Source: the human T2T-CHM13v2.0 reference genome, Homo sapiens
Assembly: GCF_009914755.1 (NCBI RefSeq)
Contig: NC_060940.1
DNA length: 64,000 nt
Strand: one strand, 5' to 3'
The position numbers were made by a program, and so were the translations under genes. This document shows, one piece after another, positions 37,566 through 51,024 of this stretch; within the stretch, counting starts at the first letter, position 1; each line of letters starts with the position of its first letter. A model generated the notes under the pieces. The model was not told the DNA's origin, did no database searches, and saw nothing but the letters and a program-made list of their open reading frames with translations.

Positions 37566-38278
37566 ATTCTAGGCCAACTTGTTATAGAAATTACAAATCC
37601 CAAATTTGGGGGGAAAGGTTTTAATTTCCTACCCTTAATCATTGATCATATCACTCATAAGAATATTCTAGAAGTTCCAATACACTTGTATCTTTTTACA
37701 TATGGAAACAGAAGTGTCTGTGATCCTCCTGATATGGGATTTGTGAAATGTGGTCTGTTTTTGGAATGGGTCAGTTTCAAAGTCTATAAAATAGATGAAT
37801 CTTGAAGACCGGTGAATGGGGACAGTTAAGTGTTATTCTGTGATCAAGACTTGATTGTAGTTGGCAAGATTTGGGAATATACAGAAGTCCAAAATAACAT
37901 CTAATGAGAGATACTGGTAGAGTATTTTCAGATATAAAATACCAGGTAGGGAGCTCAACTCTTCTATGTGACTAAGGAAGACTCAATGCATGAGTCACTC
38001 AGTGCAGAATGTACCATTGATATATTGTTTCTGAGTTTTCATGTATAATTCACTTCCACAGTGCATGGTAAATGGCCATATATTAAGAAGGTCAATCAAT
38101 AAAAGTAAAAAAAGGAGGAACAAGACTGAGAGCAAGGGTGCAGAAGACCAGTGAAACAGAGGCTTATGTTCAACAGGGAAAAAAATAGCCTGTTAATTTT
38201 AATGTCATCTTTGCAAAAGACATGATGAATTTAGGTCAACATAATACATTGAGGCAGATCCTTATTTCCTACCACACA

Positions 38279-38321
38279 ATACACACACACACACACACAC
38301 ATACACACACACACACACACA
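38279..38321. repeat. (CA)n microsatellite
   Basis: Direct reading. Confidence 0.95.
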
Positions 38322-39139
38322 GCATCTATAGGACCTGGCCTAGTTCTTTGATTAATGTACACAGAATGGGTAGGAAAAAAAGTGAAGTTATTTTCCCAAG
38401 AAAAGAAATAAATCTGACTAAACCTACATATTTTGTTTTCCTTTAAAATTTTTAAGAAATCTTTAGGAACCTGGAACCCAATGATATCAAGTGGGAGTCT
38501 GAAAGAAAATTCAATTTGAGTTAAAAAAATATTCTTAGTGGAACAATTTTAACAAAGGGAAAAAAGAGGACTCAAGAGATAGCATAATGAGAAATAGCAA
38601 TAACCCTTCCAGCAATCATAGCTTGATGGGTGAACATAATCTGAGATTAGAAGGCCCACCAGGGAGCTGCAAAGTTACAGGACTGCTTGATGAAATAATT
38701 TAATACCTACTGCCTCCAATAAACAGGATGTACAAAGAATGCTCGGTGACCTGGCAGTCCTGCTAGCCCACAGCATGAGGGAACCTGCTTCAGGAAGTGA
38801 TAGGTCTGATATTTCCCAAAGATTTCCTGCAAGCCCCTATTTATTCCTTTGACTATTTGTTTCAGCTTTACTGTGTGCTTAGACTGTAAATCAGGTCTAT
38901 CTGAGAAATAAACACAATAATATAAAAAATTAAGAATAAACTAGATATGATTATAATTATTAACACCTTTAATTTGCATGGCATTTCAAAGTTTTTGCAT
39001 CTTTTTATGTTATTTGATCTTCAACACAAGCCTAGGAGGCAGTTTTTGCAAGATAGGTGTTGATAATATAATAACTACTGTTACTCTACTACCATTTTTT
39101 AAATAGGAATGTTAACAACACAATCAGCATTTATTATTT

Positions 39140-39330
39140 GTTATTATTATTTGACACTATGCCAGACTCTTTCCTGTGCTCATTATCTCTTTTAATCTCA
39201 CAACAGTCATATAAGGGGACTAAGGAATTGAGGCTTTGGGGGAATAAACTACACACACAACACAGAATTATTTCTTGGTGGGATCAGTATTTGAACCCAG
39301 GCTGTCTGTTTTATATATCCACTGTCTTAC
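39140..39330 (-). mobile_element. MIR
   Basis: actatgccagac...taatctcacaacag...aggaattgaggc...atttgaacccaggctgtct. Confidence 0.7.
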
Positions 39331-40864
39331 CTTGCACACAGTATAAAGGTTAGTATTTGTCCTTAACTCACACATCTATTGGACTCAAATTTCTCTTCCC
39401 ACTATACCAATCTTAAATGCTAATAATCAGTTTAGCATTAATACAAACTGGGCCATAGGAAAGTAGGCAGCCATATTGACCTTCCCAGAATCCCTCTAGC
39501 CTAGAGAAAGTCCTTTACCCATGGAGCTCGGGGCCCTCTAACATCACCATTTCATTTGTAAAGGCTTCCTTCCTGGTAAATGGGACAAGGCACACTGTCT
39601 ACAAATTAATAAGCCAGATCTCCAGGACCCTGTAGGGCAAAAGCTTGAGCTGCCAGAATGAATTTTTGATTTATTTACATCAAAGCCCAAGATAGGCCCA
39701 GATAAACGTCACACCTGTCATGCCCGTCATAGGAAAGCAACCAAGTACAGAGAGGGGATGTAATTCCAATTTTCAATTGTTGGATGCCTCCTTGAAATAC
39801 CAGCAATTGGGCCAATTAGCTTCAGTTGTTGGGATGATATTAGATCCCTATCTCGTAACCATCAGAGTGAAACCAATCATTCATTTCACATAGGCACTGC
39901 AGTGCCATCAGATAGTAATGCCTTTTAGTTACCGCCAACTTGGGGCATTTTTGAAATAGTGACCTCAAGATTTAAGCTGCAAGAATTCCATTATCTATTC
40001 TCAAGCCAGCCACAGCTGAATTTTTGAAATATCCTATTAAGTTTTCTGCTCTGATAAAAATTCAGAGGCCCTTTTCATATTAATCTCCCCATGGCAAATG
40101 AAATTTGCTGAGTGATAGATTTAATTTGCTTCTATTTATGCATTACTATATTTTGGAAAAAAAGATAATAATTGCTCTCAATATCACTTTTTCAGCATTA
40201 AGAAAAAAATCATAAAGACTTAAGTTCTTTTCCCATTTATTTCATTGTTCAGACTCCACACAGTAAATAGCTTATTCTTCACCTTTGGATCACTTTGGCA
40301 TTTTAATTAAAATGTAATTACCATTCAAAGTGTATTAATGCACAAGTTTAGGTAATTGTCTATGTCAGGTCATTAGGTATACTTCTAAAAGGAAGCTTAA
40401 AGTAATCTAAAATATTCAGTAAAAATATACTGTCTACATATTTACCTAAGAGGTGGTATATCCTAGCATATTTTATTATTCCCTTAAGACAATCTTCCCA
40501 TTTTAATTATGTAATGAAATTGACAAGGTGTATGAAAGAGAGAGGAAGAGTTCCCAGTGGAATTTGTAATAATGAAATATAAATGTTTTCATTGCTGTGG
40601 ATTTGTAGAAAATCTATAGGATCTTGAAATAAAAGAAAATTGATGGCTCATATTTCTTTCAAAAATGAACAAGGAAAAATAAATGTATTTTAATAATAGA
40701 AGAGGGACTAATGTTTCAAGCACACATCTCCTGCCCACCATGGCCTTCCCACACGACATATTTTTCATGAGTTGGGGCCTATTCCTATGTTATCACTTGG
40801 TTTTGGTGGATAATTCTGAAACTTACAATAATTTTATTTTTCTGTATTGTTTTCCTGATTGAAA

Positions 40865-41252
40865 TCAGTTGAGATACTTATAAAGGAAATTTCTAGGGAT
40901 GCTAAAACAACATACCATACCCCAATATTAGTATCTTCCAGCAACAAAGGGTTATTTCTTTTCATTCCGCAGTCCATTGCGGTTGGTTTGCACTCAGCTT
41001 CACAGCTTCTCCATCAGGAAATCAGGCTGACTAAGCAGCCCCGCTTCAAACATTACAGTTGCCTTACTGGGGATTAGTATACTAACAATTAAAACCTCCA
41101 GCCCAGCAGTGAGTAATGATGTTTCTTCCACAATGTATTGCACAAAACCATTCACATGGTTCCCATCACTTCTAAGGGGAATGGGAAGTGACATCCTGCT
41201 ACATGTCCCAAGGCAGAGCTGGACATATTTGGTGAACATCACTAATACCCCA
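40865..41252 (-). mobile_element. Old MaLR LTR (MLT1K/L-like)
   Basis: caacaaagggttatttct...caggctgac...cacatgg...atatttggtgaaca. Confidence 0.6.
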
Positions 41253-41360
41253 AATAGCATTAGCTACATATTATTATGATAATGCAGTAATCACTGTATA
41301 GCTGTACCATGATTAGATTGACTCATTTAAGACATGAGATCAGAACTTTTATAGATTCAG

Positions 41361-42046
41361 TGATCAAGATGGCCTTAAGGATCTCCTCCACTTGATTCAA
41401 TCTTAGTCAGTTTTCTTCCTAATTGTAGCCCGTTATCTTTCTTAGAGCACTCACTTTAGAAAACTTTCTACTGCAAATTATCTCTCTGCCCCTTTGAGAT
41501 GTAAAATATTTTAGCCTTTTGCCAGGTTTCATACCCAGAAAAATCTTAAGAACCCGAAAGGCATCTCTTGAAATGTATTATCAAGGAAGATAGTACCCCC
41601 ACCTTCCACTTTCTGTAGGAGAGCAGGAGCCTAACTTCAATAAGTGCCAATTAGCAAACAGAGATGGCCTCAACACATTGACCAACCTCTCTCCCTAATG
41701 TCCTCCAGTTTTTCCACTGGCTCATTCCAGTGCTTAAAAATTCTCCTGTGTTTTGTTTTAGCGAAATTGAGTTCAGTCTCTTTTCCCTTGCAAGACTCTT
41801 TTTCTGAAGAAAAAAAGTTGTACATATGTAAGATGTACACCATGGTGTTTCGATATACATATGCATAGTGAAATGATTATTACAGTACGGGAAATGATCC
41901 AACACTTTCCTGAATTACCTTTTTTTCTTTTCTTTTCTCTGTTTTTGTTATAATAACACCTGAAATCTACTCTTAGCAAATTTTTAATATGCCAATAAAG
42001 TATTTCTTCACTGTTTAACTCTTTCCAATGCGATTTGTCTTTGACC
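41361..42046 (+). mobile_element. MER67/MER31-type ERV1 solo LTR, interrupted by an L1 fragment
   Basis: tttcttagagcactcactttagaaaact; aattgagttcagtctct; aataaagt...tctttgac. Confidence 0.7.
41800..41990 (-). mobile_element. L1MA 3' end fragment
   Basis: ttgtacatatgtaagatgtacaccatggtgtttcgatatacatatgcatagtgaaatgatta...aatctactcttagcaaattt. Confidence 0.78.
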
Positions 42047-42114
42047 TTATCACACCATTATTCAGCATCTAGGGTGTGTATGCAAGACCCCATACTAACT
42101 TTGGGAATTAATAG

Positions 42115-42345
42115 TAATAATAATTAATGATAATAGTTTTTAGAGAATTCTTAATTGTCTAGCTTAGCAAATGATGGGTACTTTACGTATTTCTTAGTTA
42201 ATTCTCAGAAAAACCCTATGAGATGTTTGCAACTAATCCTCGTTGTTATAAATTTGGAAACTGAGGCACAGATAGGTTTAGTTAAGAAATTGCCTGGAGT
42301 CACAAAGTTCGGAGGTGTCATAGTCAGAAGTTTCATTTGAATGTA
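42115..42345 (-). mobile_element. MIR
   Basis: aaccctatgag...ggaaactgaggcacagataggtt...ttgcctggagtcaca. Confidence 0.75.
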
Positions 42346-42399
42346 ACAAATTAGAGATTACACTTATCTACATAGTTTACAGGGAGTGATGAAAAATAT

Positions 42400-43475
42400 A
42401 AGAGATCACTGAAATATAATATATGAAGGGCATTTAAGAAGACATGTGTGTTCATGATTCTCTGTAAAGACCCAGTGAAACCTCACTTAGGGTGTGGAGA
42501 AGGGAAAAGAAATCTAGGAAAAGATAATCCACGGAGAAGATACTATATTTGAATCTTGAACATAGCCTATTATGCCTTTCCATAGTTGATCTGAAGGAGC
42601 AGTTTATTCAAAGGCAAAGAGGCATGAAAAACCACAGTGATTTTGTAAAACAAGTATTTTAAAACAGCCAGATGCGGAGTGAAAGAGGAAACTGAAAATT
42701 ATATCTGTTGCATTTTTGGTTACTATGCCATCTATTGAGTGACTTCTGTACCTGGCACATTGATGTCTTACAGTCAATATTATTTAAAGCTGAAATAATA
42801 TTGTAATCTATGTACGGATTAGACAATATATACTTTGAAGATATAACAGAAACCAAGCAGACATTGTTTTTTGCATTCTTGCACTTATAAATATAAGAAT
42901 TAATGAAAAAATAGAATGCAAGATAACTGCAGTGGTTAAGTGTAATAATATAAGTAGACAAAGGATTAGTAATGACATAAGTAGGTAAAGAAATAGAACG
43001 TAACACATGAAAGGTGTTTTATTTTGTAAAGGGATGTCAGGGGAAAGATAGGAAATATCAAAGCAGAGAGAGCAACATGTATGAAGGGGCGCTAGTGGAA
43101 ACAAGCACCATTTGGCTCTTGGAAGAACTGCAAGCCACACTGGATGCAGGGAAATAAGAAGGCCATGATCAAAGATAAAATCAGAGAAGTGGGAAGAGGC
43201 AGACCGTGTTAGAAATGTAAGCTAGCATAACTGAAATAAATTTAATTTTAAATGGAATATGAAAGCATTGGAAGGTTTTAAACAGGGTGATGACATGACT
43301 TGAATTTACTGAAATAGTGACAACTCTGATTGTTCAGTGGAAGAGCCACTGTGTCTGGTGTCAAGAGCTGAAATAGGGACACATATTGGGAAGCTGTGTC
43401 AGTGGATGAGGTAGGAGATGTTGGTGGCTTTAATAGGGCACAGAGCCAGGGAAAAGTAGTCAGATTTGGAATATG
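42400..43475 (-). mobile_element. L2 fragments
   Basis: agcattggaaggttttaaacaggg..gacatgact; gtagtcagatttggaatat. Confidence 0.6.
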
Positions 43476-44504
43476 ATTATTTATTTATTTATTGTTTCCA
43501 AAACTTAAACAAATTTCTTTGAACACTTGGAGAGTTGGATACAAATGCCTGATAACCATGTCAGGGAAGATTACTTCCCAACTATCATTGGGGAAGATTA
43601 CTTCCCCATTGATTCCATTGACCATTTCTTCTTCTCTACAGAGGTCTGTTCTCAAAGTCTTACAAAGTAAGAGAAAATGTGTCTGCTCCTTTACTTCCAT
43701 GTTTGTTGGAATAAGAGTGATTTGATGACAGTAATTATGTGCCCAAATTTTTCATAACTGTTTGGTGATTATTAAAGTTTTGCAGTGAATGGTTTTCCCA
43801 TTGGAGTATTACAACCAAACATTTATCCTAATTTGGTTGTGGCAAGTTCATTCACATGAAATATATAGTCATTATTAATCCTTTTCTTCTCCACCAACAA
43901 AGCTGCTAAGGCATTTTTCTGCACATCAGAAGATAATACATCGTAACACTGAGAGGCACCTTGATTGAGAAGCTGACATGTATTTTCTAACTGCAGCCAA
44001 GTACTATTTCTAAGTAAAGTAGTTCTCTTCTTTGCTCAAGAAGTATTTGCAAATTATCTGATAACATTCCACGAAAGTGTAAAGAGTCCTATTAAAAATT
44101 CTAAATGATATTTCCTTTATCTGTAACTAGAATGTTCTCCTCACATTTACAAAGCAGGTAACAGCCTTCTTCAAAGTCCTTTAGTGTGTTTCCTGGAAGG
44201 AAGATGAACTCCTCTGAAAAAAAAAAATCACATAGGAAGAAAAAGCAATTGTAGACATCCTCTTTCCTGAAGCCAGTTGTCATCTGCACTGTTATAGCTA
44301 CAAAAGAAGGATGGACAAAAGTGTTGAGCAACAGGTTCCTATAAGCCAAGCAATGAGGATAGTGATCTACTGGAAAATAACTCCATCAGCCACTTTTGAG
44401 TCTCCGGAGTCCACTTTCTGAATCACCTGGCCTTTGACAAAGCTGGTAAGGTCGGAATGCAGAAGTATGTTGGACTGGACATGTCTTTGGTAGCTTTATT
44501 ATTG

Positions 44505-44624
44505 GGCCAAATGGGAAACCTTCTGAACACCTGGGGTGAGCCTTTCAGCTGTAAAATCTTTCCCGCCAGAGCATGAGTGTCCATGGATGGCTAGTTCTGA
44601 AGCGGAAGAGAAACTATTAGGCCC
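44505..44624 (+). repeat. Local direct duplication pair B, copy 1
   Basis: ~86% identical to 46923-47039 by hand alignment. Confidence 0.93.
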
Positions 44625-45539
44625 AGGGTCTCAGAACCAGGCTTTCAATTTGCAGAAGCTGCATTTTGTAGGCAGCTTCAGTAACAAAGGCATCCACGCC
44701 CTCAGATTGCTTCTGAAGAATGTATCTTAGAACCAGGTTCTATGGGCTCTGATTCATCTTCCCAGCTGTCAGAGATCAAAGTGACATAGCATCTCCAAAG
44801 TGTGCATGAAAGTTTCAAAAATTTCAGAGAGAATCTTTCTGGCTTTCAACAATCCAATTGTAGATTGTTATGGCTTAGCAACCTCTAGAAACATATATAC
44901 ATATATATATATATGTATTTCTATATATATATAGATAGATAGATATATTCTTCTAATAACTTAGCATAACTATTGCTAATTGGGATAAGGCAGGTCTCAA
45001 AAACTTTTTTAAAAAATGACTTCATAACAACATTCAGAACACTACATCTAGGAGTCAGTATCTTGGCAGAGCAGCTTCTTTTCTCTTCTAGGAAAGATTT
45101 AGCAGACACATAACCATTTCCTAAAATAGTTTTTACATATTCAGAGAATAGAGCCCAGTGGAGTTTATTGCCACCATAACAGCACCACATGAAAAAGGCA
45201 CCTGACATTCACACAGCTCACCAACTGGTTTCATTTTCAGGAAGTCCATTCCTGCTGCTATAACTGGCACAGACAAATCATGCTTGTATGGGAGAAAAGA
45301 CAACACCAGAAAGTCAACGTAACTTTGATGACTGAGCAGAAGAACAAGATGCTCCTGGTTGGCTTGCTACAGTTTCTGAATACCTCCTACATTTACACAC
45401 ACCTTTGAGAAAATTTGTTTAAATATTTTGCTTAAGGGAAAGACAAAAAACTGAATGGCTCCCAGACGCAGTCTGTGACTCATTTGATCCAAGATCTCAC
45501 TAACTTCCTTTGGAATTCCTTAGAAAATTGTTTAATGAC

Positions 45540-45950
45540 TGTTTTAGTGCCTTAGTGTTGCTATAAAGGAATACCTGAGGCTGGGTAATTTATAAAGAAA
45601 AGAATTTTATTTGACTTAGGGTTCTTCAGGCTGTACAGAAGCATAGTCCATGCATCTGCTTCTGGTGAGGCCTCAGGAAGCCTCCACTCATGGCATAAGG
45701 GGATGGGGAGCTGTCCTGTCACATGGTGAGAGAGGAAACAGGAGAGAGAGGGAGGGAAGGAAGGTGCCAGGCTCTTTTTAACAATAAGTTCTTGTAGGAT
45801 AAAACTTACTCATTACCAGGAGGACAGCACCAAGCTGTATTGAGGAGTCTGCTGTCATGACTCAAACACCTCCCACTGGACACCACCTCCAATGTTTGGG
45901 GTCAAATTTTAACATGAAATTTGAAGTGGAGAAACATCCAGCCTATAGCA
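45540..45950 (-). mobile_element. MSTB-type MaLR solo LTR
   Basis: gttgctataaaggaatacctgaggctgggtaatttataaag...ctatagca; perfect TSD atgac. Confidence 0.92.
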
Positions 45951-46922
45951 ATGACATAATAACTCTCTTCATAATTAAGAACACTATATTTAAGATTACT
46001 TGGCTTACATGGAATAATCCCCTTATAAACAAGAGGTGCAAATTTCAAGTCACTGACATGCCTCCTCTCCTCTACAATGTTTTCAAATTCATGCCACCTT
46101 TTGAGCTTCTTTGAGTCGAAGAGCATAATGGTTTTAGGGCTGGTGGAACCAATGGATAAATGAGAGTAGATGAGCTGGAAGGGTCTCTGGTATGGCTGCT
46201 GACTTGGGCAGAGCCTGGGACTCTTATGCTAAGTGGCTGTGGTGCTGCCACTGGGGGAGTTTCTTTCATGTAGGGTGGTGACACACTTTGTGCTTGGTCC
46301 ACATGACCCTGGTCGCCTTCGTCTTAACCCTGGAGTACATTTTAAAGACAAAAGTAACAGGCTTTACCGAGAGACTGTAGATTGTGTGACATTAAAAGAG
46401 AGGACTTGATACAATTTTATGTTGCCTAAACATTATCCTATTTACTGAGATGCTCATAATTCAAGGATGAGCAATAAATTATGGTAGAAATTATAAGTCT
46501 TGAGTATTTAGTCTGGAGATTAAAAGAGTTACCAGTATAGTATTGTCATTTAAAGCTGGGAGACTAAATGAGGCAATTTAAAAGGCTAAAACACATGGAG
46601 AAGAACACAGAGTTTGTTTTTGGCTCTATTTTCTATTTTATTTAAAAGTGCTATTCAAAGTACTTTGAAGTAGCCATTAAATGAAATAATTAATGTATAC
46701 TTAATCATCACAAAACTATAGATGATAAATGTTGTCTTTTGTATTATACAAAGAAAAAATTATGACAGTAAGTTAAGTAAATTGAACAAGATTGCACAAC
46801 CTTTGGAGAGAGTTGAAATACAAAAACATATTGGACACTCCTCGAAGCCTGCTGTATACCGTGCTACTCAAAGAATCTTCAATCTCCAGTAATAGCATCA
46901 GCTTGAGCTTCCTGGAATGTTA

Positions 46923-47039
46923 GGCCAAATGGGAAACCCTCTGAACACCTGGGGTGAGCATTTCAGCGTAGTCTTTTCTACAAGAGCATGAGAGTTCATG
47001 GATGGCTGGTTCTGAAGCAGAAGAGCAACTCTTGGGCCC
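46923..47039 (+). repeat. Local direct duplication pair B, copy 2
   Basis: ggccaaatgggaaaccctctgaacacctggggtgagc...ttctgaagcagaagag..gggccc. Confidence 0.93.
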
Positions 47040-47353
47040 TTCATACCACAGCTTGTGGGGGATTTTATAACAAATTCAAGGTGATGCTTTGGTATATCCA
47101 TTTGCCTTCTTCTTGCATCCCTCAGATCCCAGGATCCTCTATTGTAACTTTCACTACAGCTTGCCCTTCAGTTTGTAAGTATTAACTCATTTGAGTTATC
47201 TCTTAGATTGTAATTTCCATGCAATTTTTATTATAATGTAAACATCTAGCACAGTTTCTGGCTAGCATCAGCACTTGCTGAGTAAATGAATGAATTTTTT
47301 TTTTTTAATGCCAATGTCTCTCTCAGTTTAATAAGTTAAAACCTCTGCTTTCC

Positions 47354-47588
47354 GGCCGGGCGCAGTGGCTCACGCCTATAATCTCAGCATTTTGGGAGGC
47401 CGAGGCAGGCGGATCACGAGGTCAGGAGATGAAGACCATCCTGATGAACATGGTGAAACCCCGTCTCTACTAAAAATACAAAAAAAAAATTAGCTGGGCA
47501 TGGTGGAGGGCACCTGTAGTCCCAGCTACTCGGGAGGAGACTCCGTCTCAAAAAAAAAAAAAAAAAAAAAAAAACAACAAAAAAAAGC
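47354..47588 (+). mobile_element. AluY/Sc-like SINE with ~89-bp right-arm deletion
   Basis: cgggag|gagactccgtctc junction; perfect TSD acctctgctttcc. Confidence 0.92.
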
Positions 47589-49040
47589 ACCTCTGCTTTC
47601 CTCTCCCTTTTTCATTTTTAAGATTTTTGGTCAGAAAATTAACGTTGACTGCTCTTAGTAGGCCAGCTCATCATCTGGAATTTGACTTTCATGAAGCACA
47701 TTTGGCTCAAAGGAAGGAAACTATACCTCTCTCTAAGGCATGGTCTCTTAAAGAAAAGATGGCCTAATTAACTGGCTAGCTGGTTAAAATATATATTCCA
47801 GGACTCCAATCCAAAAGATTTAGAATTACAAAGTCTTTAAGGAGCACTCAGGCAATCATGCAGCACTCCAGGGTTGAAAATCTATACCCTATCCTAAGGG
47901 ATTTTCTCTAATGTACCTGATCATTCCCCTCTGTATTGATTGGGAGATCTTTGTCCTTAGCCACTTCTCTAAAACACAGACTTGGAGTTGATAGTGTTGG
48001 ACCTAAACATCAGTTGCTATTCTTATAGGGGGCAAAATCTTTCTGTGAATTTTTTAACCTTTCTAGTATTATTTTTAATTCTTTTCAAATACATTACTTT
48101 TTATTCCCTCCACTTGAAGATACTTTTATTATTTTGTCTTTTTAAAATGCCAAGTGATGTACTTAACATGTAGCGCACTCAATAAATGGTAGAAGTCGTC
48201 ACAGATTTTGTTTATTATTAGTAGTAATAGCTTGCATGGTGTCTAGGGGACTGACCAGTTAGGCAGGGATGTGATATTTGTAAAGGTGTCCAGTACCATC
48301 CATGTTGTGAAGAAGACACTCTTTTTTAGGTCAATAATACAACATTGCTAAGGGATACATGGAATATAGATGCAAATAGCATACTAAAATATAACAAAGA
48401 ATCTGGCTTTTAGTTTTATAATTAAAGAATTGCTTGGCTGCTTGTGTATGGGGCAGACAGTTCGGCCCCATACTGTTTCTATAACAACCATGACTATATC
48501 CAGGTAGACTAGAAGATGCTGGTTCTTCACAGTATTTCTCTAGTGCAACCTGAATAACTAGAATTAAATTCTGGGTCACATGATTGCAATTATGTCTGTT
48601 GGAATTTTATGTAGAGTTGGGATATTTGTCCAACATGACAAAACAGGCTGAGTTTTTCTGAAACGGTGAGCAAATCTTTCTTTCTCCTCTTTACACCCTG
48701 AATGGAGTGGCAAATCCTGTCATTCTTACTCCTCTCTGGGATAATCCCCATGGCTTACTTCTCATTGAATTCTAGGGGTGGTGGAAAGGCAGCACTCGCT
48801 TATGCATTTTATTTACTTGTAAGTAAGAGCCTTTCTTCTTTGTTCAAGGGTGAATTCCTTTAGAGAACCAGAATCTGCAAAAATCTTTGTCTTTGGAACT
48901 GGAAATTAACAATTTAACTTAAAAAACATCATTGGGACAGTTTAACCAGGGTGGTGGTGGGGTTCTAATTATTTTTTTTCAAATGAAAGTAAAAATGGTG
49001 GCCAGAAGTTAAGCCAAGTATTAGATTCAAAGAGAAGGAT

Positions 49041-49107
49041 AAAATAAAATTTATTTTTATTTTATGGCAAAATAAAATTTATTTTTATTTTATGGCAAAA
49101 TAAAATT
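49041..49107. repeat. Perfect 28-bp tandem duplication (2.4 copies)
   Basis: aaaataaaatttatttttattttatggc x2 plus aaaataaaatt. Confidence 0.92.
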
Positions 49108-49377
49108 AGGAGAATAGAGGACATAGTGTGTTAAACAATATAGCTTAGTAAACATTGCTTAAGACTGAAGCTGTTAGAAGAACCTTACAGAAACCTGCAA
49201 CATGTGCTTAGAGATAAAAAAAGTAATTCACGTTTTTGAGTGTTGTCCACTAAGCACTATTTTATGTATTTTGCATATAATGTCCCATTTAATTTTCAAA
49301 CTATTTGAGATGTTGTAGGAAATAGAGGTACCAAGAGTCAAAGTCAATTGTTTATAGTTCCAAGTCTACCTTTAGTG

Positions 49378-49552
49378 CAGCACTGTTTAGTACAACTATC
49401 TGTGACTATGGAAATGTTTTTAATCTGTACTGTCCCATATGGCAGTTACAAAACCCATGTAACTATGTAACTAATGAGTACATGAATGTGGTTACTGTAA
49501 CTGAGAAAATGCCACATTTAGCTGGTGGCTTCCAGATTGGACAACCTAGCTC
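49378..49552 (+). mobile_element. MER3-type hAT MITE
   Basis: cagcactgttt..atggaaatgtt..ctgtactgtcccatatggcag...gccacatttagctggtggct. Confidence 0.7.
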
Positions 49553-49934
49553 TGGAGCTGAAGCATGTAACCATAATGCCATACCACCAACTTTTGCCGG
49601 ATAGTCTTGCAGTACTAGGTAGTGCAATCTCCATATTTGTAATAACACTTGAAAGCTAAAAAAGGAGCTAGCCATTAAAAGATGCCAGAAAACAACACTC
49701 TGGGCCTAGGAAACACAAGATAAAGATGAACAAATTAGACATATATTTTTAGCGTTCTCTTGGAATTTAGTGGATTTGAGGAAAGATTGAAATGGGATGA
49801 AGCTGGAGAGGTTAGCGAAAAATTGTACACCCAGAAGTTTAGCTATCTGGAAAGTGGAGAGAATGCCTGCTTCCCCTGAGTATGTGTTTTAATAATGACA
49901 ACTTTTGACTACTTATTTATTTTAATTTATGCAT

Positions 49935-50343
49935 TATTTAAGATAACACTGGCTACAGCAACAAATGCCTCAGAAGGATATATCTGTTCAAACATATGAG
50001 AAGTCTATTTTTGCTCACCTGAAATAAAGATCAACAGGCAACTCAACTCCAAGTGGTAAGTTGAGGAATCTAGGCCCCTTGTTTCTTGTGGCTTGGCCAC
50101 TTTCCACGAGACCATTGTATTATCTTTTATCCTTCTCAGGAAAGGAATAAAGGACATCAAGGATTCATGAAGCTTTCTGTGAACCATTCCCAGTTGCAGT
50201 GAGCATCAATTCTACTCACTACAGGAACAGAATATTACACGAGCTAGTCACATGATCACCAGAGTAGCTGGTAAATGTGGGTTAGCTATAGATTTAGGAA
50301 GAAGATGAAATGGGTTTTTTGCACAGCTCTACTCTCAGCCACA
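49935..50343 (-). mobile_element. Old MaLR LTR (MLT1J-like)
   Basis: gaagtctatttttgctcac...ctagtcacatg...ctcagccaca. Confidence 0.55.
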
Positions 50344-51024
50344 TAATAGTTGTTACTTAAACCTATGATGAAATAACATTAGGACAGGCAGTTTGAAATA
50401 CACAGCTGAAATATCATTTTCAGACCAAAACATACAACCGAAGATAATCAACACGTAACACGTGTTTTATGTCATCACTCAATTCTTCTTAAATTTTCAG
50501 GTCCCCAGTTTACTCACTTTGATATTAATACTGGCATTTGGTACTTATAGGCCAAGGCATTCAAGACACAAGGGTAAGAGAAGAAGTACGCATTTGGCAT
50601 TCAGGAGTTTGGACCAAACTGGGATCTGGCAATCATGTAGAGCATGATGGGAGATAAGAATGAAAGAGTATTTTTGAAATAATCACGGAGAACCTGGACT
50701 AGTCATATTTTATTCTTGCTTTGCTCACCATCATGTACTTGGGACTTCTTAGTCCCCATTGGGCTAATTTGGATTTTGGAAAGTGGACAATTTCCAATGC
50801 TTGTTCAGTACTTCCCAATTGACAAAAATATTTCTTCTAATGGGAGTTTGGAGTACACCTCACCTTAAAATGCTCTTGGGCAATGGAGAAAAGACCCAGA
50901 CATAAAAATAAAATGACAAATATAAAACAGAGAGTCACAGATGCTCATAGTTGATAGTGGGAATCTTCTATTTAAATACATATGTACATGTAGGCATATG
51001 TACATACCCACATAAATACATAGA

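Noticed and set aside
36649-37805. Longest ORFs in the track (up to 221 aa, Y/I/C/V/H/T-rich)
   Set aside because: Translations of the TA/TG/CA tract, open on both strands because the repeat lacks stops
46242-46260. CTCF-like motif tgctgccactgggggagt
   Set aside because: Several mismatches at core positions; unsupported without ChIP data
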